A stretch of 64,000 nt of DNA, from the NCBI GenBank assembly GCA_965248145.1, contig OZ252091.1, forward strand, positions 2,898,082-2,962,081. Direction: 5' to 3'. Source of the DNA: Gammaproteobacteria bacterium. GTDB taxonomy: Bacteria > Pseudomonadota > Gammaproteobacteria > Eutrophobiales > Eutrophobiaceae. Both the position numbers and the translations under genes were made by a program. A model generated the notes under the pieces. It was given only the letters and a program-made list of their open reading frames with translations. It searched no databases and was not told the DNA's origin. Of the stretch, positions 20,058 through 30,750 are shown one piece after another. Positions within the stretch are counted from its first letter, which is position 1. The number at the start of each line of letters is the position of its first letter.

Positions 20058-20594
20058 TTACTGGTTACACAATGCCGCTGATATTCTTGCTTCCAGTATT
20101 TCAATCCAATATCCATCCGGATCTTTAATAAAAGCGATGCCTTTCATCTTGCCGTCATCCGGCCGCTTGACAAATTCTACCCCCAATTCCTCAAAACGGC
20201 TACATGCGCGATAAACGTCGGGGACGGACAATCCGATGTGGCCGTAACCGCGCGGGTCGTTGTTGCCATTGTGATACCCTGCAAACGCCTCGTCATTCTC
20301 CGTACCCCAATTATGGGTCAGTTCCAGCAACGCTTTTTGCTCAAACGTGTACGCTGTCCGCTGCATCGGGTCCTGCGGAATGGGGCCATCTTCCGGCCGG
20401 ACGTATCCCATGAATAATAACGAAAATTCCATCTCAGGGAAGTCGAGTTTCTTAACCAGGGTCATTCCCAGGACGTCCTGGTAAAACGCAAGGGAACGTT
20501 CCGGGTCCTTGATGCGAAGCATGGTCTGGTTAAATACAAACCCTTCCGTTTCAGGGGACTTCGTAGCGCCGCCTGCTTGAACTGTGTCACTCAT
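20058..20594 (-). CDS. gloA: lactoylglutathione lyase (glyoxalase I, eukaryote/Pseudomonas GloA3-like long form)
   Basis: [26 protein letters not shown] and [12 protein letters not shown] are the VOC/Glo1 signatures. Confidence 0.8.
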   Translation of the reverse strand: MSDTVQAGGATKSPETEGFVFNQTMLRIKDPERSLAFYQDVLGMTLVKKLDFPEMEFSLLFMGYVRPEDGPIPQDPMQRTAYTFEQKALLELTHNWGTENDEAFAGYHNGNNDPRGYGHIGLSVPDVYRACSRFEELGVEFVKRPDDGKMKGIAFIKDPDGYWIEILEARISAALCNQ

Positions 20595-20700
20595 TGTATG
20601 AACACCTTATTTTCTCTCTACTCTCTCACACAGCCTTACGTTGAAACATCTACTATTACTACTATTTCAACGCTATATATTGGAACATCACTACACTTAC

Positions 20701-21159
20701 TTACGCCGCAGATTTCCTGGTATTTGTATATTCTTCCTGGATACGACACAGTTCTTCCCAACCCAGGTAACTGGTGAAGTTGTCATCGTCGAAGAAAAGG
20801 ACCGGCCCATTACAGATAAAAAGGTAGACGGTGTCCTCCAGCGCCGTTGTGGCGCCGTGGACCATGCCGTTCGGTTCATACACGTAATCACCCGCTTCGA
20901 GGATGCCGTCGCGCACCTGTAACTTCCCCGACAGGACGTACACGTGGGCCGGGCTCAGATGTTTATGGGGCGGCGCCACGTAGCCTTTATACCAGCGAAA
21001 CAGCGCGGCCCAGGCGCCCGTCTCCGGTCCTGTCCACAGGACCTTCATGAAGCCCCGCTCAGGGTCCGCTTCCATGGGGATCCAATCCATGTCATCGGTT
21101 TTGCACAGCGAATCCATGAGCTCGCTGTTAACCGGACTGATGTCCTGTGGTAGTGCCAT
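20701..21159 (-). CDS. cupin-domain protein, paralog of 19440..19901
   Basis: WAALFRWYKGYVAPPHKHLSPAHVYVLSGKL cupin motif. Confidence 0.55.
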   Translation of the reverse strand: MALPQDISPVNSELMDSLCKTDDMDWIPMEADPERGFMKVLWTGPETGAWAALFRWYKGYVAPPHKHLSPAHVYVLSGKLQVRDGILEAGDYVYEPNGMVHGATTALEDTVYLFICNGPVLFFDDDNFTSYLGWEELCRIQEEYTNTRKSAA

Positions 21160-21202
21160 AACTTTCTCCAGACGGTAAGCGCGTTCCTGTGGATTATACC
21201 GG

Positions 21203-23497
21203 TCAGAAGTGATATTGCACCGAACCGACTACACGGCGCGGTTGTTCCAGGGTGCCGATAATGATATAGCCTGGAGCTCCCTGCAATTTGCTACCCGCAA
21301 AGTTTGGAAATTCCTGTACGTCGATGTAGTAGTCCTCGTCGAACAGGTTCTCCACGTGAATGCCGAACTCCCAGTTGTTCCACTCCACCCCGGCGCCCAG
21401 ATCCACGACAGTAAAATCAGGGTTTGTCCAGAACGGAAAATCATCCCCGGGTGAATCCCAGAGTTGGGCATTGGTGGAAGCCTCTCCCTTGTAGCGCAGT
21501 TGCAGGCGCCCGAACAGGCGCATGTCATCGTTCAACTGCTGATCATAATCCAGCGCCGCGGTGGCACTCCACTTTACGGTATTGGGCGGTCTCCTTCCCG
21601 AGAGGTCAGCGAGATAATCGCTTGGGGTCACGAATTCAGTGCCGCCGACCCATTCCGCGTCCACATAGCCAAACCCGGCAGAAAGAGTCCAGTTCTCATG
21701 CATGGACAGGAGCATATCGGCCTCCAGTCCCCATTGCTCTGAATCGCCAATATTGAAGATGCCCTCAAGTACAGTACCGGTTTGAGGGTTCTTCGTCTGA
21801 AGTTCGAACTGCCGGCCCTCGTAATCAATATAGAAACCCGCCAGGGTCAATATCAGGCGGTCATCCAGTAACCTCCCCTTGTAACCGATTTCAACCTGTG
21901 TTGCCTCTTCCGGCTTGATGTCGAACAGGGCGTTCTCTCCCTCCAGGTCGAACGCATTGAAACTCCCCGGCTCAAAACCCTGGGAGAAGAGCGCGTACAC
22001 CATGGACCGATCATCATCAAAGAACAAGGAGATGGACGCACGGCCCAATACCTCGGTGTTGGACTGATTTCCGGTGGTGCCACTGTCACGGTTGTTCGCG
22101 TCGAATTCCCAGTGGTCCACGCGCACACCGCCACCAATCTCCAGGTTATTCATGCGATAACTGACGTTGGCAAAACCTGCCACCTGTTCGCGTTTTTCGC
22201 GGAGGTTCTCGAAAGGAACTACCACGACTACCGTATCCTCCGGAGGATCCTCGTCAATGCGCGGGAACGGGATCGGATCATCCGGGTTGGGATTGCAACT
22301 GGGGTCCAGGAAAAAGCAGAAACCGTAGGGAACCGGAAGTTCCCCGGACTTGTGCCTCTTCCAGTCCAGGTAGTAGGCGCCGGCCTGCCATTGCAAGGGA
22401 CTGTCATCCGTGGAGGTAAAGCGCAATTCGTGGGTCCATACCTCGACCGGCCATGACCGTGTCAGGTCGAGCACGAACTCCTGGTCGATATCAAGATCGG
22501 TCTCCCGGTACGAATCCGTGTCCGTATACGAGGTAAGATATGTGGCGTCGAAGTTGCCGAAATCATAGGTCAGTTCTATGCTGCCCGCGGTGGTTTCCCG
22601 CTCGTGGCCCGCATTGTAGCTGGTGTCGATGATATTGGTGTAGGTGAGATCGCCATTCATCTCCCGGTTCCAGATGTTGTTGGGCCCCTCGTACTCGTTG
22701 TAACGCAGGGTAGCGTAGAGCGAAAGCTGTTCGCTGATATTACCGGCCAGGGCCGCGCGCACGCCGTATTTCTCCGTTTGCCCCACGTCGGGATCATTGT
22801 CCGGAACGCCGCCGTTCAGGCGCGGGGTGTTGGGATTGACAAGGTACGAATCATCAGTCATGGCAAATCCAAACAGCGCTAATGCCCAATCATTGCCCAG
22901 CGGCACATTCAACTGAACCTCGCCGTCATAGTAACCATCTTCACCGCCCTGCGCTTTAACCCGACCCGAAAAGGCTTCGGGGTCCGGCCGTTTGGTAACA
23001 AATTTAACCGCGCCGCCGATGTTGGCGCCGCCATACAGGATGCCCTGCGGCCCTTTCAACACTTCGATCCGTTCGAAATTGCCGAAGCGGGACGAAGCAT
23101 CCCCGAACAACTGCACGTCATCCAGGTAAAACCCGACCCCCTGGGTATTGCCGAATCCCCCCAGACTGCGGATGGAGACATTGGGGTAACCGTCCAGGCG
23201 CCGGCTCATCCAGAGGTTGGGCACGAGCAGCCCGATATCTTCAAGACCGTTGATATTGGCTCTTTCCACCATGTTCCCCGTGAAGGTGGTCAGGGATTCC
23301 GGTATCTCCAGTACGTTTTCTTCCCGCTTTCTGGCGGTGACGATGATTTCCTCAAGCAGCGTATCCTGTTGCGCCACTGCAGCTTGACTCGCCAGGAGCA
23401 TCGCCGGCGAGAGACAAAGCCAATATAAAATACTAGAGGCGACGGCCATCGCGATACCGCCGGCGCTCCCCCACTTTCCAGGTATATATTTATTCAT
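21203..23497 (-). CDS. TonB-dependent outer-membrane receptor (start at MNKYIPGKW)
   Basis: Signal peptide, then plug-domain box AQQDTLLEEIIVTARKREEN, then a long beta-barrel ending ...VQYHF. Confidence 0.85.
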   Translation of the reverse strand: MNKYIPGKWGSAGGIAMAVASSILYWLCLSPAMLLASQAAVAQQDTLLEEIIVTARKREENVLEIPESLTTFTGNMVERANINGLEDIGLLVPNLWMSRRLDGYPNVSIRSLGGFGNTQGVGFYLDDVQLFGDASSRFGNFERIEVLKGPQGILYGGANIGGAVKFVTKRPDPEAFSGRVKAQGGEDGYYDGEVQLNVPLGNDWALALFGFAMTDDSYLVNPNTPRLNGGVPDNDPDVGQTEKYGVRAALAGNISEQLSLYATLRYNEYEGPNNIWNREMNGDLTYTNIIDTSYNAGHERETTAGSIELTYDFGNFDATYLTSYTDTDSYRETDLDIDQEFVLDLTRSWPVEVWTHELRFTSTDDSPLQWQAGAYYLDWKRHKSGELPVPYGFCFFLDPSCNPNPDDPIPFPRIDEDPPEDTVVVVVPFENLREKREQVAGFANVSYRMNNLEIGGGVRVDHWEFDANNRDSGTTGNQSNTEVLGRASISLFFDDDRSMVYALFSQGFEPGSFNAFDLEGENALFDIKPEEATQVEIGYKGRLLDDRLILTLAGFYIDYEGRQFELQTKNPQTGTVLEGIFNIGDSEQWGLEADMLLSMHENWTLSAGFGYVDAEWVGGTEFVTPSDYLADLSGRRPPNTVKWSATAALDYDQQLNDDMRLFGRLQLRYKGEASTNAQLWDSPGDDFPFWTNPDFTVVDLGAGVEWNNWEFGIHVENLFDEDYYIDVQEFPNFAGSKLQGAPGYIIIGTLEQPRRVVGSVQYHF

Positions 23498-23550
23498 CTG
23501 TTTGTCTCCCCTATGTTTAAAAAAGTACCAGGTAAGCCCTGGTGTGTACA

Positions 23551-26025
23551 TTAGAAACTTGCCCGCAGGTCCACGGTCAGGCGGCGTGGCTGGCCGAGGG
23601 TTCCGATCACCGGATCGTAGTTCGGCGCCGGGGTACCCGGAACAGCATCACCTGGCCAGACCGACCCGTCCACGTAATAATCCTCATCGAAAATATTTTC
23701 TGCGTTAAAACCCAGGGTCCAATGCGTGCCGACGTCCACGGCGATACGGGCATTGACGACGTCCCAACCCGGGTTCCTGGCCGTATTCTCCATGTTGAAC
23801 CAGAATGGCCCCTTGCCCAGCCAGTCCAGCCTTCCCGTCAGCGTCAGATTATCCGCAATCGGGCGAACATACTGCCCGGATAAAGTATAGCTGTATTTAT
23901 TGATCCATGGCGGAAAATTATCGTTCCCCAAAGGAGTGACGCCGCTATTGACATTAATTACATGGCTGCCTTCTTTGAACTCGGCATCGACCCATCCGGC
24001 CCCACCGGTCACCGTGAGGTGCTCGGCGGCCTGCCAGCGAAAATCAAACTCCATGCCATATTGGGTTGAGTCTCCGGCATTAAGAATGTTTTCTACAATG
24101 CCTCCGATGGCAATCTGTTGCTGAATCTCGAATTGTCGATCCTTGTAGTCAATGTAAAACCCGGCGACGTTTATATCCAGGGTATCGTCAAAAAGACTCG
24201 TCTTCAGGCCAAGCTCGTAACTACTGGCTTCCTCTTCGACAAAGGGGTTCAGCAGAGGGACACCAACCGGATCGTAAAGATTGTAGCCGCCCGGTTCGTA
24301 GCCCTTGGCAAAGGTAAAGTAAGTCATGGTGCCGTTATCGGAAGTATATGAGAGAGAGACTTTGGGCAGATATTCCGTATCGCTTTGTTTCAGGTACGGG
24401 ACCCCGGTACCATATAAGCCGGCGTCTCTGTCCAGGGTATCCGATGACCAGTAATCCGCACGGAAGCCGATACCCAGTTCCCAGTGCTCCAGAAAAGTGT
24501 AGTTCGCAGTGAGAAAGGCGCCAATATGCTCGATTTCGCGGTACCTGTTCTCGAACGGAAAGTAGATCCGCACCCCCTGTTCCTGTGCGAGGGTTGGCGC
24601 CACAGAGGTATCTCCCAGGTGGGTATCCAGGATGGCCAATGGTCCTAGAGGGAGTCCGATGACGCTCAAGACACTGGTGGTATCGTAAAAATTGGCAAAG
24701 GAATCCCAGTCGTTTTCCTTCTTGGAATTAAATGCACCGACAATCCATTCAAGCGGGCCTTCGCTGGTCGAGGAAATGCGAAATTCATGGGTCCTGAATT
24801 CCGTTAAGTCCGGCCGATACAAATCGAAGCCGACCTCGCTGGTGACATCCAGGTCGGTGGTACGGAAACTTTCCGTATCCGTATAGGAGCCCAGGTAGGT
24901 CAGCGTCACGGGGCCGGCATCCCAATTGATCTCCCAGGTGCCGGCATAGGTTTCACGGGTATGTCTACCCGCAAAAGTCAGCTCACGCTCCCGGCTGTAG
25001 GTGAGTTGTTCCGGGTCTTCAACGCGCCAGTTATTATTACCCACGTCCCATTCGTTATAACGGACTGAACCGAAGAATTCGATAGTGTCCGTGATGTTTC
25101 CCAGCACGGAAACCCGCACTCCATTCTCTTCGCGTTCATTCGGCCGGCTGCGCCACTTTTCTGCAACGTCTGGAATTGCACAATCCCTGGTATAAGAAGG
25201 AAGAATCGCGAAAAGCGCATTGCAGACGTTGTTGCTCGGCCAGAATCTGTCCGTCGTCCCTCCCCCCGGTAAGGGAATGCGGATATTGGATTCACCGTTG
25301 AGCCGGGTGGGATCGTTCGCCTTTACGAAACCGTCATCCTCTTCGTGATAGCCAAAAACGCGAAGCGCGAGCTTGCCCTCTATAAGAGGCATACCGACCG
25401 TGCCGGAAAAGTTACGGGTATCCTGCTCACCCAGGGTCACCCTCACGTTCCCTACTCTTTCGTGCAGATCCGGCCGCTTGGTAATGAACTTGATCGCACC
25501 CCCCACGTTACTCCCGCCATACAAGGTCCCTTGCGGGCCTTTCAGGACTTCCATTCGTTCAATATCGCCGAATTTTGACGAGGCATCGGTAACGACCTGT
25601 ACCCCGTCCACAAAAAACCCCACGCCCTGGGTATTACCAAATGATCCCACCCCGCGGATGGTCACATTGGGATAACCATCGGCACGCGTTGTCAGGGTCA
25701 GATTGGGAATGCGTCCACCGATATCGTTAATTTGATCGATGTTTGCCATTTCAAGTTCAATACTCGACATACTGGAAATAGATTCGGGAATTTCCTGGAG
25801 CGATTCTTCCCGTTTTCGTGCGGTAACGATGACTTCCTCAAGCATCGTATCCTGCTGTGCCATAACAACCTGGCTCGTCAACATGCCCAGAGGCAAGGCC
25901 AGCACAGTTGCTGCAAGCATCATTATTCCGCTTGCAGAACCGACACACACGCCGATCCTCCGACATGTTGTACGCACACCGTCAGCGCCGACAAATTTGC
26001 AATTGCCGGATAATTCTCTATTCAT
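23551..26025 (-). CDS. TonB-dependent outer-membrane receptor, paralog of the downstream one. An alternative start is MMLAATVL at 25923
   Basis: MAQQDTMLEEVIVTARKREESLQEIPESISS TonB box/plug, with a C-terminal aromatic end ...LRASF. Confidence 0.85.
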   Translation of the reverse strand: MNRELSGNCKFVGADGVRTTCRRIGVCVGSASGIMMLAATVLALPLGMLTSQVVMAQQDTMLEEVIVTARKREESLQEIPESISSMSSIELEMANIDQINDIGGRIPNLTLTTRADGYPNVTIRGVGSFGNTQGVGFFVDGVQVVTDASSKFGDIERMEVLKGPQGTLYGGSNVGGAIKFITKRPDLHERVGNVRVTLGEQDTRNFSGTVGMPLIEGKLALRVFGYHEEDDGFVKANDPTRLNGESNIRIPLPGGGTTDRFWPSNNVCNALFAILPSYTRDCAIPDVAEKWRSRPNEREENGVRVSVLGNITDTIEFFGSVRYNEWDVGNNNWRVEDPEQLTYSRERELTFAGRHTRETYAGTWEINWDAGPVTLTYLGSYTDTESFRTTDLDVTSEVGFDLYRPDLTEFRTHEFRISSTSEGPLEWIVGAFNSKKENDWDSFANFYDTTSVLSVIGLPLGPLAILDTHLGDTSVAPTLAQEQGVRIYFPFENRYREIEHIGAFLTANYTFLEHWELGIGFRADYWSSDTLDRDAGLYGTGVPYLKQSDTEYLPKVSLSYTSDNGTMTYFTFAKGYEPGGYNLYDPVGVPLLNPFVEEEASSYELGLKTSLFDDTLDINVAGFYIDYKDRQFEIQQQIAIGGIVENILNAGDSTQYGMEFDFRWQAAEHLTVTGGAGWVDAEFKEGSHVINVNSGVTPLGNDNFPPWINKYSYTLSGQYVRPIADNLTLTGRLDWLGKGPFWFNMENTARNPGWDVVNARIAVDVGTHWTLGFNAENIFDEDYYVDGSVWPGDAVPGTPAPNYDPVIGTLGQPRRLTVDLRASF

Positions 26026-26364
26026 TTACTCTCCCCCTTTGCAAACCTCACTGGTTTTATCTGGTTCCAGTCTCATTAGCACATAGTGAGGCGGACATGC
26101 TCGAGTAAAACGACAGTATTGTTGTATTTTAACGATAAGAATTTACAGGATATTATTGAAAGTAGCTTGTTTCCTGGCGAAACTCCATCTGTCTGAACGT
26201 GCAAACGATACGCAAAAGGTGAGTTTTAGAGGGAAATATGGGTTAAAACTTTGTTGTTTGTGCAAATCGGCTTGGTTTTAAACGAAAATCGGCTAAACTT
26301 TGAGCTTGATAATAAATTTTGGCTGCATGGTTATGAATTCTTTTTTGGTTGTATTATCACCTGA

Positions 26365-27387
26365 TTGGTGTTGTTGAAAAAACACAGGGGGACAATGGGA
26401 GATAATATTGCACAATCGTTCGTCAATACCTGGACGACCAATGAATTCGCGAAGAGTGACCGCTACGATGCCTGGGCGAGCGTACTGAACGAGGCCTATG
26501 GCCACTGGGAAATGGATAAACCGGTGATGCCCGACTTCTTCAGTACCGTCAAGTATTATGACGATGCGACCCTGAAGGTCATTGAATGCACTTGCGACCC
26601 TTGTGCCGCGACCCGCACTCGCGCCGACATCCGGGCCGACGGCCTTGAGACCCTGACCATACAAGCCGTGCTCCAGGGCCGTGAGTACATCAACTTCAAC
26701 GGTGAGGATATCATGTTGAAACAGGGCGACCTCCTGATCTGGGACAGCACCAAACCCATGTCTTTTCAGGTCCAGGACCGGTTGCACAAGATATCCGTGG
26801 TCCTGCCCTTGCCGCGCTTTCAATCCTGGCTGCCTCGCTCGTGGTTTTCAATCCGGCACTCGCTGGACGGACAATCAAACAGCGGCCTCTTGTTGACCGA
26901 CCACGTCAAATCATTATCCACGTCGGTATTTCATGGAGGCTGCAAGGACAACTATGCGTTAATTGACGCCACTATCGGCGTCCTGGTCAATGCCCTGGAA
27001 CCGGGCAGCTCCAATGACCCGAAACCCTTGCGCGTGACCCAGTTGCTTCATATCAAGAACTACATCAAAGCCAACATTCGCAACCCCGACCTGTCACCGG
27101 CCATGATCGCAAAAGCGGGCGGCATGTCTTCCCGGTACCTGCACTGGTTGTTCAATGCCAATGCCGACGTAGACACGGTCAAGCAATACATTTTTCACCA
27201 GCGCCTGGATTTCTGCGCCCGGGACCTGTTGAACCCGCACATGAAAAACAGAAAGATCTCCGACATTGCGTTTTACTGGGGCTTCCAGGATACCGGGCAT
27301 TTCAACAAACGCTTCAAGCAGCAATATGACGTGTCCCCCGGCGCCTTTCGCGAAACAATGAACGAACAGAAAACTGAGGACGAGTGA
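26365..27387 (+). CDS. AraC/XylS-family transcriptional regulator
   Basis: C-terminal HTH_18 ISDIAFYWGFQDTGHFNKRFKQQYDVSPGAFRE. Divergent from the TonB-dependent receptor pair. Confidence 0.8.
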   Translation: MVLLKKHRGTMGDNIAQSFVNTWTTNEFAKSDRYDAWASVLNEAYGHWEMDKPVMPDFFSTVKYYDDATLKVIECTCDPCAATRTRADIRADGLETLTIQAVLQGREYINFNGEDIMLKQGDLLIWDSTKPMSFQVQDRLHKISVVLPLPRFQSWLPRSWFSIRHSLDGQSNSGLLLTDHVKSLSTSVFHGGCKDNYALIDATIGVLVNALEPGSSNDPKPLRVTQLLHIKNYIKANIRNPDLSPAMIAKAGGMSSRYLHWLFNANADVDTVKQYIFHQRLDFCARDLLNPHMKNRKISDIAFYWGFQDTGHFNKRFKQQYDVSPGAFRETMNEQKTEDE

Positions 27388-27446
27388 AAGGGGACTGATA
27401 AAACTACGGGTCCATCGCAAAGGGTGATAATTCGTTATCGGCAGTA

Positions 27447-27722
27447 TTGTTCAATGATGTCGACTGGAAGTCCCTGGACCAGGTGGGTCAGCCAACGCGT
27501 ATACGCTTGTCCTCTACCGTAGCCGGCGTCATGCACGATGGCTCGCCAAATCCCGCCGAAAGCGTGTCAGTGATTTATAACAGGGACGGCAAGCTCCACA
27601 AGGTCAGGGCGAAACACGTGGTCATGGCCTGCGGCCATTCCGAACTGACCGGCGCCCAACTCTGGACGACGGCCGCGGAGGAAGGAGCGCGGGCAGCCAG
27701 TCAAATCCTGGATATGAGTTGA
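27447..27722 (+). pseudogene. C-terminal fragment of a flavin amine-oxidase-like oxidoreductase (remnant)
   Basis: ...KHVVMACGHSELTGAQLWTTAAEEGARAASQIL resembles the C-terminal end of FAD amine oxidases. There is no N-terminal part upstream; the ORF starts right after the araC stop. Confidence 0.25.
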
Positions 27723-27756
27723 TCCCGTCATTCCGGCCTGCGCCTGAATGGCGGGA

Positions 27757-29064
27757 TCAATCAATCGTGTTGAGTACCTTGCGTACTATGTCGAAGGTTT
27801 GAGCAAACAGGTCAGGCGTGGAGGTCAGGAAAGGAGAAAACTGCAGGGTGTCCACACCGTTGCGCACCATCAGCCCTTGTTCAAAACATTTCACGTGGGC
27901 TTCCATGCCCCGAACGCCCGGCGCACCGGGACGCGGGGCCATCTCAATGGCGCCCATCAGACCGAAATTGCGTATGTCTATGACGTGGGGGGCGTCCCGC
28001 AGGGCATGTAGCGCAGTTTCAAACAGCGGAGTCAGTTTATCCACCCTGACGCCGACGTCTTCCTCAACATAAATATCCAGCGCAGCCAGGGCAGCGGCGG
28101 CAGCCACCGGATGGCCGGAATAAGTATAACCATGGAAAAATTCTATGGCGTAATCAGGGCCATTCATGAAACTCCGGTAGATATCTTCACCAACCAGGAC
28201 CGCGCCCATGGGAATGACCCCATTAGTGATCCCTTTGGCCGTCGTTATTATGTCGGGCATCACACCAAACCGTTCACAACCGAACGGGGTGCCAATCCGG
28301 TAAAACGCGGTGATCACTTCGTCGAAGATCAACAGGACACCGTGAGCCGTGCATATTTGCCGCAGGCGCTCCAAATAACCCAGGGGGGGAACCAGGACCC
28401 CGGCCGAACCGGACACCGGCTCAACGATCACCGCGGCAATATTTTCCACGTCATGTAAAGCGATGATCCGCTCCAACTCATCGCCCAGGTGGCTGCCCCA
28501 TTCAGGTTGGCCTTTGCTGAACGCGTTATGTTCCAGGTTATGGGTATGGGGAAGATGATCGACATTGGGCAACATGGCGTTGCCGAACATTTTCCGGTTT
28601 GCCGGAATACCGCCCACCGACATCCCGCCGAAGTTGACGCCGTGATAGCCCTTCTCACGACCGATCAATTTGGTCCTGGTCCCTTCTCCACGCACCCGGT
28701 GCCAGGCCAACGCAATCTTCAAGGCGGTATCGACGGATTCCGAACCCGAATTGGTGAAGAACACGTGGTCAAACCCGTCCGGGGCGAAATCGACCAACTT
28801 CTCCGCCAATTCAAACGCACCGGGATGGGCCACCTGGAAAGCCGCGGCATAATCCAGCTTGGCAACCTGATCCTGCACTGCCTTGACAATTTTGGGATGA
28901 CAGTGTCCCAGGCCACTGCTCCACAGACCTGAGAAGGAATCCAGGACAGTCCGACCTTCCCGGGTTTGATAATAAAACCCCTGCGCGGATTCGACAATTC
29001 GAGGCGCGTTCTTGAAGGCGCGGTTCGCCGTATAAGGCAACCAGTATGACTTAAGATTCAACAC
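27757..29064 (-). CDS. class-III (omega) aminotransferase, beta-alanine/omega-amino acid--pyruvate type
   Basis: 435 aa. Shows the PLP fold-type I class-III pattern, for example YHGVNFGGMSVGGI. Confidence 0.8.
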   Translation of the reverse strand: MLNLKSYWLPYTANRAFKNAPRIVESAQGFYYQTREGRTVLDSFSGLWSSGLGHCHPKIVKAVQDQVAKLDYAAAFQVAHPGAFELAEKLVDFAPDGFDHVFFTNSGSESVDTALKIALAWHRVRGEGTRTKLIGREKGYHGVNFGGMSVGGIPANRKMFGNAMLPNVDHLPHTHNLEHNAFSKGQPEWGSHLGDELERIIALHDVENIAAVIVEPVSGSAGVLVPPLGYLERLRQICTAHGVLLIFDEVITAFYRIGTPFGCERFGVMPDIITTAKGITNGVIPMGAVLVGEDIYRSFMNGPDYAIEFFHGYTYSGHPVAAAAALAALDIYVEEDVGVRVDKLTPLFETALHALRDAPHVIDIRNFGLMGAIEMAPRPGAPGVRGMEAHVKCFEQGLMVRNGVDTLQFSPFLTSTPDLFAQTFDIVRKVLNTID

Positions 29065-29289
29065 GTTTATTTCTCGACTTGATTGGACCTGATATAACGG
29101 CGTAGCACTTGGTTAATATGCGTCTGATATTTGCCTCCGTGTACCTTGAACCATTCCGGCCTATCAGCGTCCAAGCGTAACGAGACCTGTTTTTAATGAG
29201 GCGATTGTAGTTATATAATTATAATTACACAACAAAAATGTCAAAAATGTCAGTACCATCAGGGCTCCCGCATACTTTCGAATCGAGCG

Positions 29290-29391
29290 CCGTCATTCCT
29301 GCGAAAGCAGAGTAGTGGCACAGAGCCTGCCCCTGCATGTCGTAAGCAGGGGGATGTGCCGTTTACGGACCAAAGGACGGAAATCCAGTGG
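29290..29391. repeat. Composite repeat: a family-B hairpin unit interrupted by a ~65-bp insert that carries the family-C element
   Basis: ccgtcattcctgcgaaagcag, then agtagtggcacagagcctgcccctgcatgtcgtaagcaggggga..., then ggaaatccagtgg. The C core reappears at 49175. Confidence 0.6.
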
Positions 29392-29430
29392 ACAAACCTT
29401 CCTTATTAATAACGTCCATCTCTCGAATAT

Positions 29431-29898
29431 TCAGATAGTCATTGCGACGATATGCGCTTCCAGGCTCGCTTGCAACTGATCCTTTTCCCGGGCATTGACG
29501 ATTATTGTTATTCGGGCTTTGCCTTTTTCCACAAGCCGGTCCTTGAATGCCTGAAATTCATTTTCATCCAGTTGACAGCTTGCTTTTATACGATTGCGGA
29601 CAGGCGCCAGGTAACTGATTTCGCCTTTTGCCATCACAACCTCGGCAGCAATGTTTTCTGTAAGCAGACGTATATGTACCAGTCCCCAGGCAGACAACCC
29701 GCAGACATTATAAATACTTCCCGCAAAGGCAGTGCCATGAATGTTAACATTTACGTTATCCACCGGCGCTTCGATAAAGACAGTGTTTGAGTCAACATGA
29801 GTGACGTTTATTGACATTGCATTTGTCAGCGGTATGGCCTCGTTCAATATCTGCTGGAGCTGCACGGCCAGGTGCGGTTTAGCGGACATGGAGTTCAT
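29431..29898 (-). CDS. hotdog-fold thioesterase-like protein (YiiD C-terminal/DUF4442-like)
   Basis: 155 aa. The pattern HGTAFAGSIYNVCGLSAWGLV is hotdog-like. The family assignment is tentative. Confidence 0.45.
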   Translation of the reverse strand: MNSMSAKPHLAVQLQQILNEAIPLTNAMSINVTHVDSNTVFIEAPVDNVNVNIHGTAFAGSIYNVCGLSAWGLVHIRLLTENIAAEVVMAKGEISYLAPVRNRIKASCQLDENEFQAFKDRLVEKGKARITIIVNAREKDQLQASLEAHIVAMTI

Positions 29899-29998
29899 TG
29901 TATTTTTCCTGAAGTTAACCTGTTCATTTAAAACAGTATTGATATTTTGACATATTCTACATAATATATGTAATATACATAAAATACAGGTTATCCAG

Positions 29999-30259
29999 AT
30001 GGCAAGTGTAACGATTTCTGAGTTACAGCGTAATATTGGCGATATTCAAGAGTTGGCCCTGAAAGAGCCGGTCTCCATTACCCGCAATGGCCGGGAAAAA
30101 TATATCCTGCTATCGATCGAAGAGTACCAACGTCTCAAACGCCGGGACAGGCAAGTATTGGGTATCGAGGAATTAAGTGAAGAAGATATTCGTGATATTG
30201 CTGCGGCAAATGTACCGGAAGAATACGCCTACCTGAATGAGTTACTCAACGAAGAATAA
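29999..30259 (+). CDS. Phd/YefM-family antitoxin
   Basis: MASVTISELQRNIGDIQELALKEPVSITRNGREKYILLSIEEYQRL. Confidence 0.7.
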   Translation: MASVTISELQRNIGDIQELALKEPVSITRNGREKYILLSIEEYQRLKRRDRQVLGIEELSEEDIRDIAAANVPEEYAYLNELLNEE

Positions 30260-30274
30260 TAAGAAAACCTCCAG

Positions 30275-30703
30275 ATGACACAGATCCCAGAGCCGTTTCC
30301 GGGTCTTGTTATCAGCTACTCCTATCTCTGGCGTAAAGATTATCTGACAGGGCAAGAGGAAGGTGTAAAAGAAAGGCCTTGTGCTATTGTTTTATCCAGG
30401 AAATTAAAGGGAGACGATACGGTGGTCACTGTTGCAGCAATTACCCATAGCGAACCGGATAATCCTGACATGGCGGTGGAAATACCATTAACAGTAAAAG
30501 AGTACTTAAATCTGGACAGTGAGTATTCGTGGATTATCTGCACGGAAGTGAATCGCTTTACCTGGCCCGGACCGGATATCAGGCCAATTACCAGGCAAGG
30601 TGATAAAAAATACAGCTATGGTGTTTTGCCCCCCGAACTATTTTCAAATGTCACCAAAACACTTGTTCGCTCGCTGGCTAAAATTGTTAGTCGCACAGCG
30701 TAA
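30275..30703 (+). CDS. MazF/PemK-like (CcdB/MazF-fold) toxin candidate paired with the Phd antitoxin
   Basis: GLVISYSYLW...KERPCAIVLSRK...TVVTVAAITHSEP fits the MazF/PemK pattern R-P-x-L-V-h...V-x-V-x-P-I-T. Starts 16 nt downstream of the antitoxin. Confidence 0.45.
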   Translation: MTQIPEPFPGLVISYSYLWRKDYLTGQEEGVKERPCAIVLSRKLKGDDTVVTVAAITHSEPDNPDMAVEIPLTVKEYLNLDSEYSWIICTEVNRFTWPGPDIRPITRQGDKKYSYGVLPPELFSNVTKTLVRSLAKIVSRTA

Positions 30704-30750
30704 GATACGATTGCCACCAAAAATGGACTCGAAGTGTTGAACAATATTGA

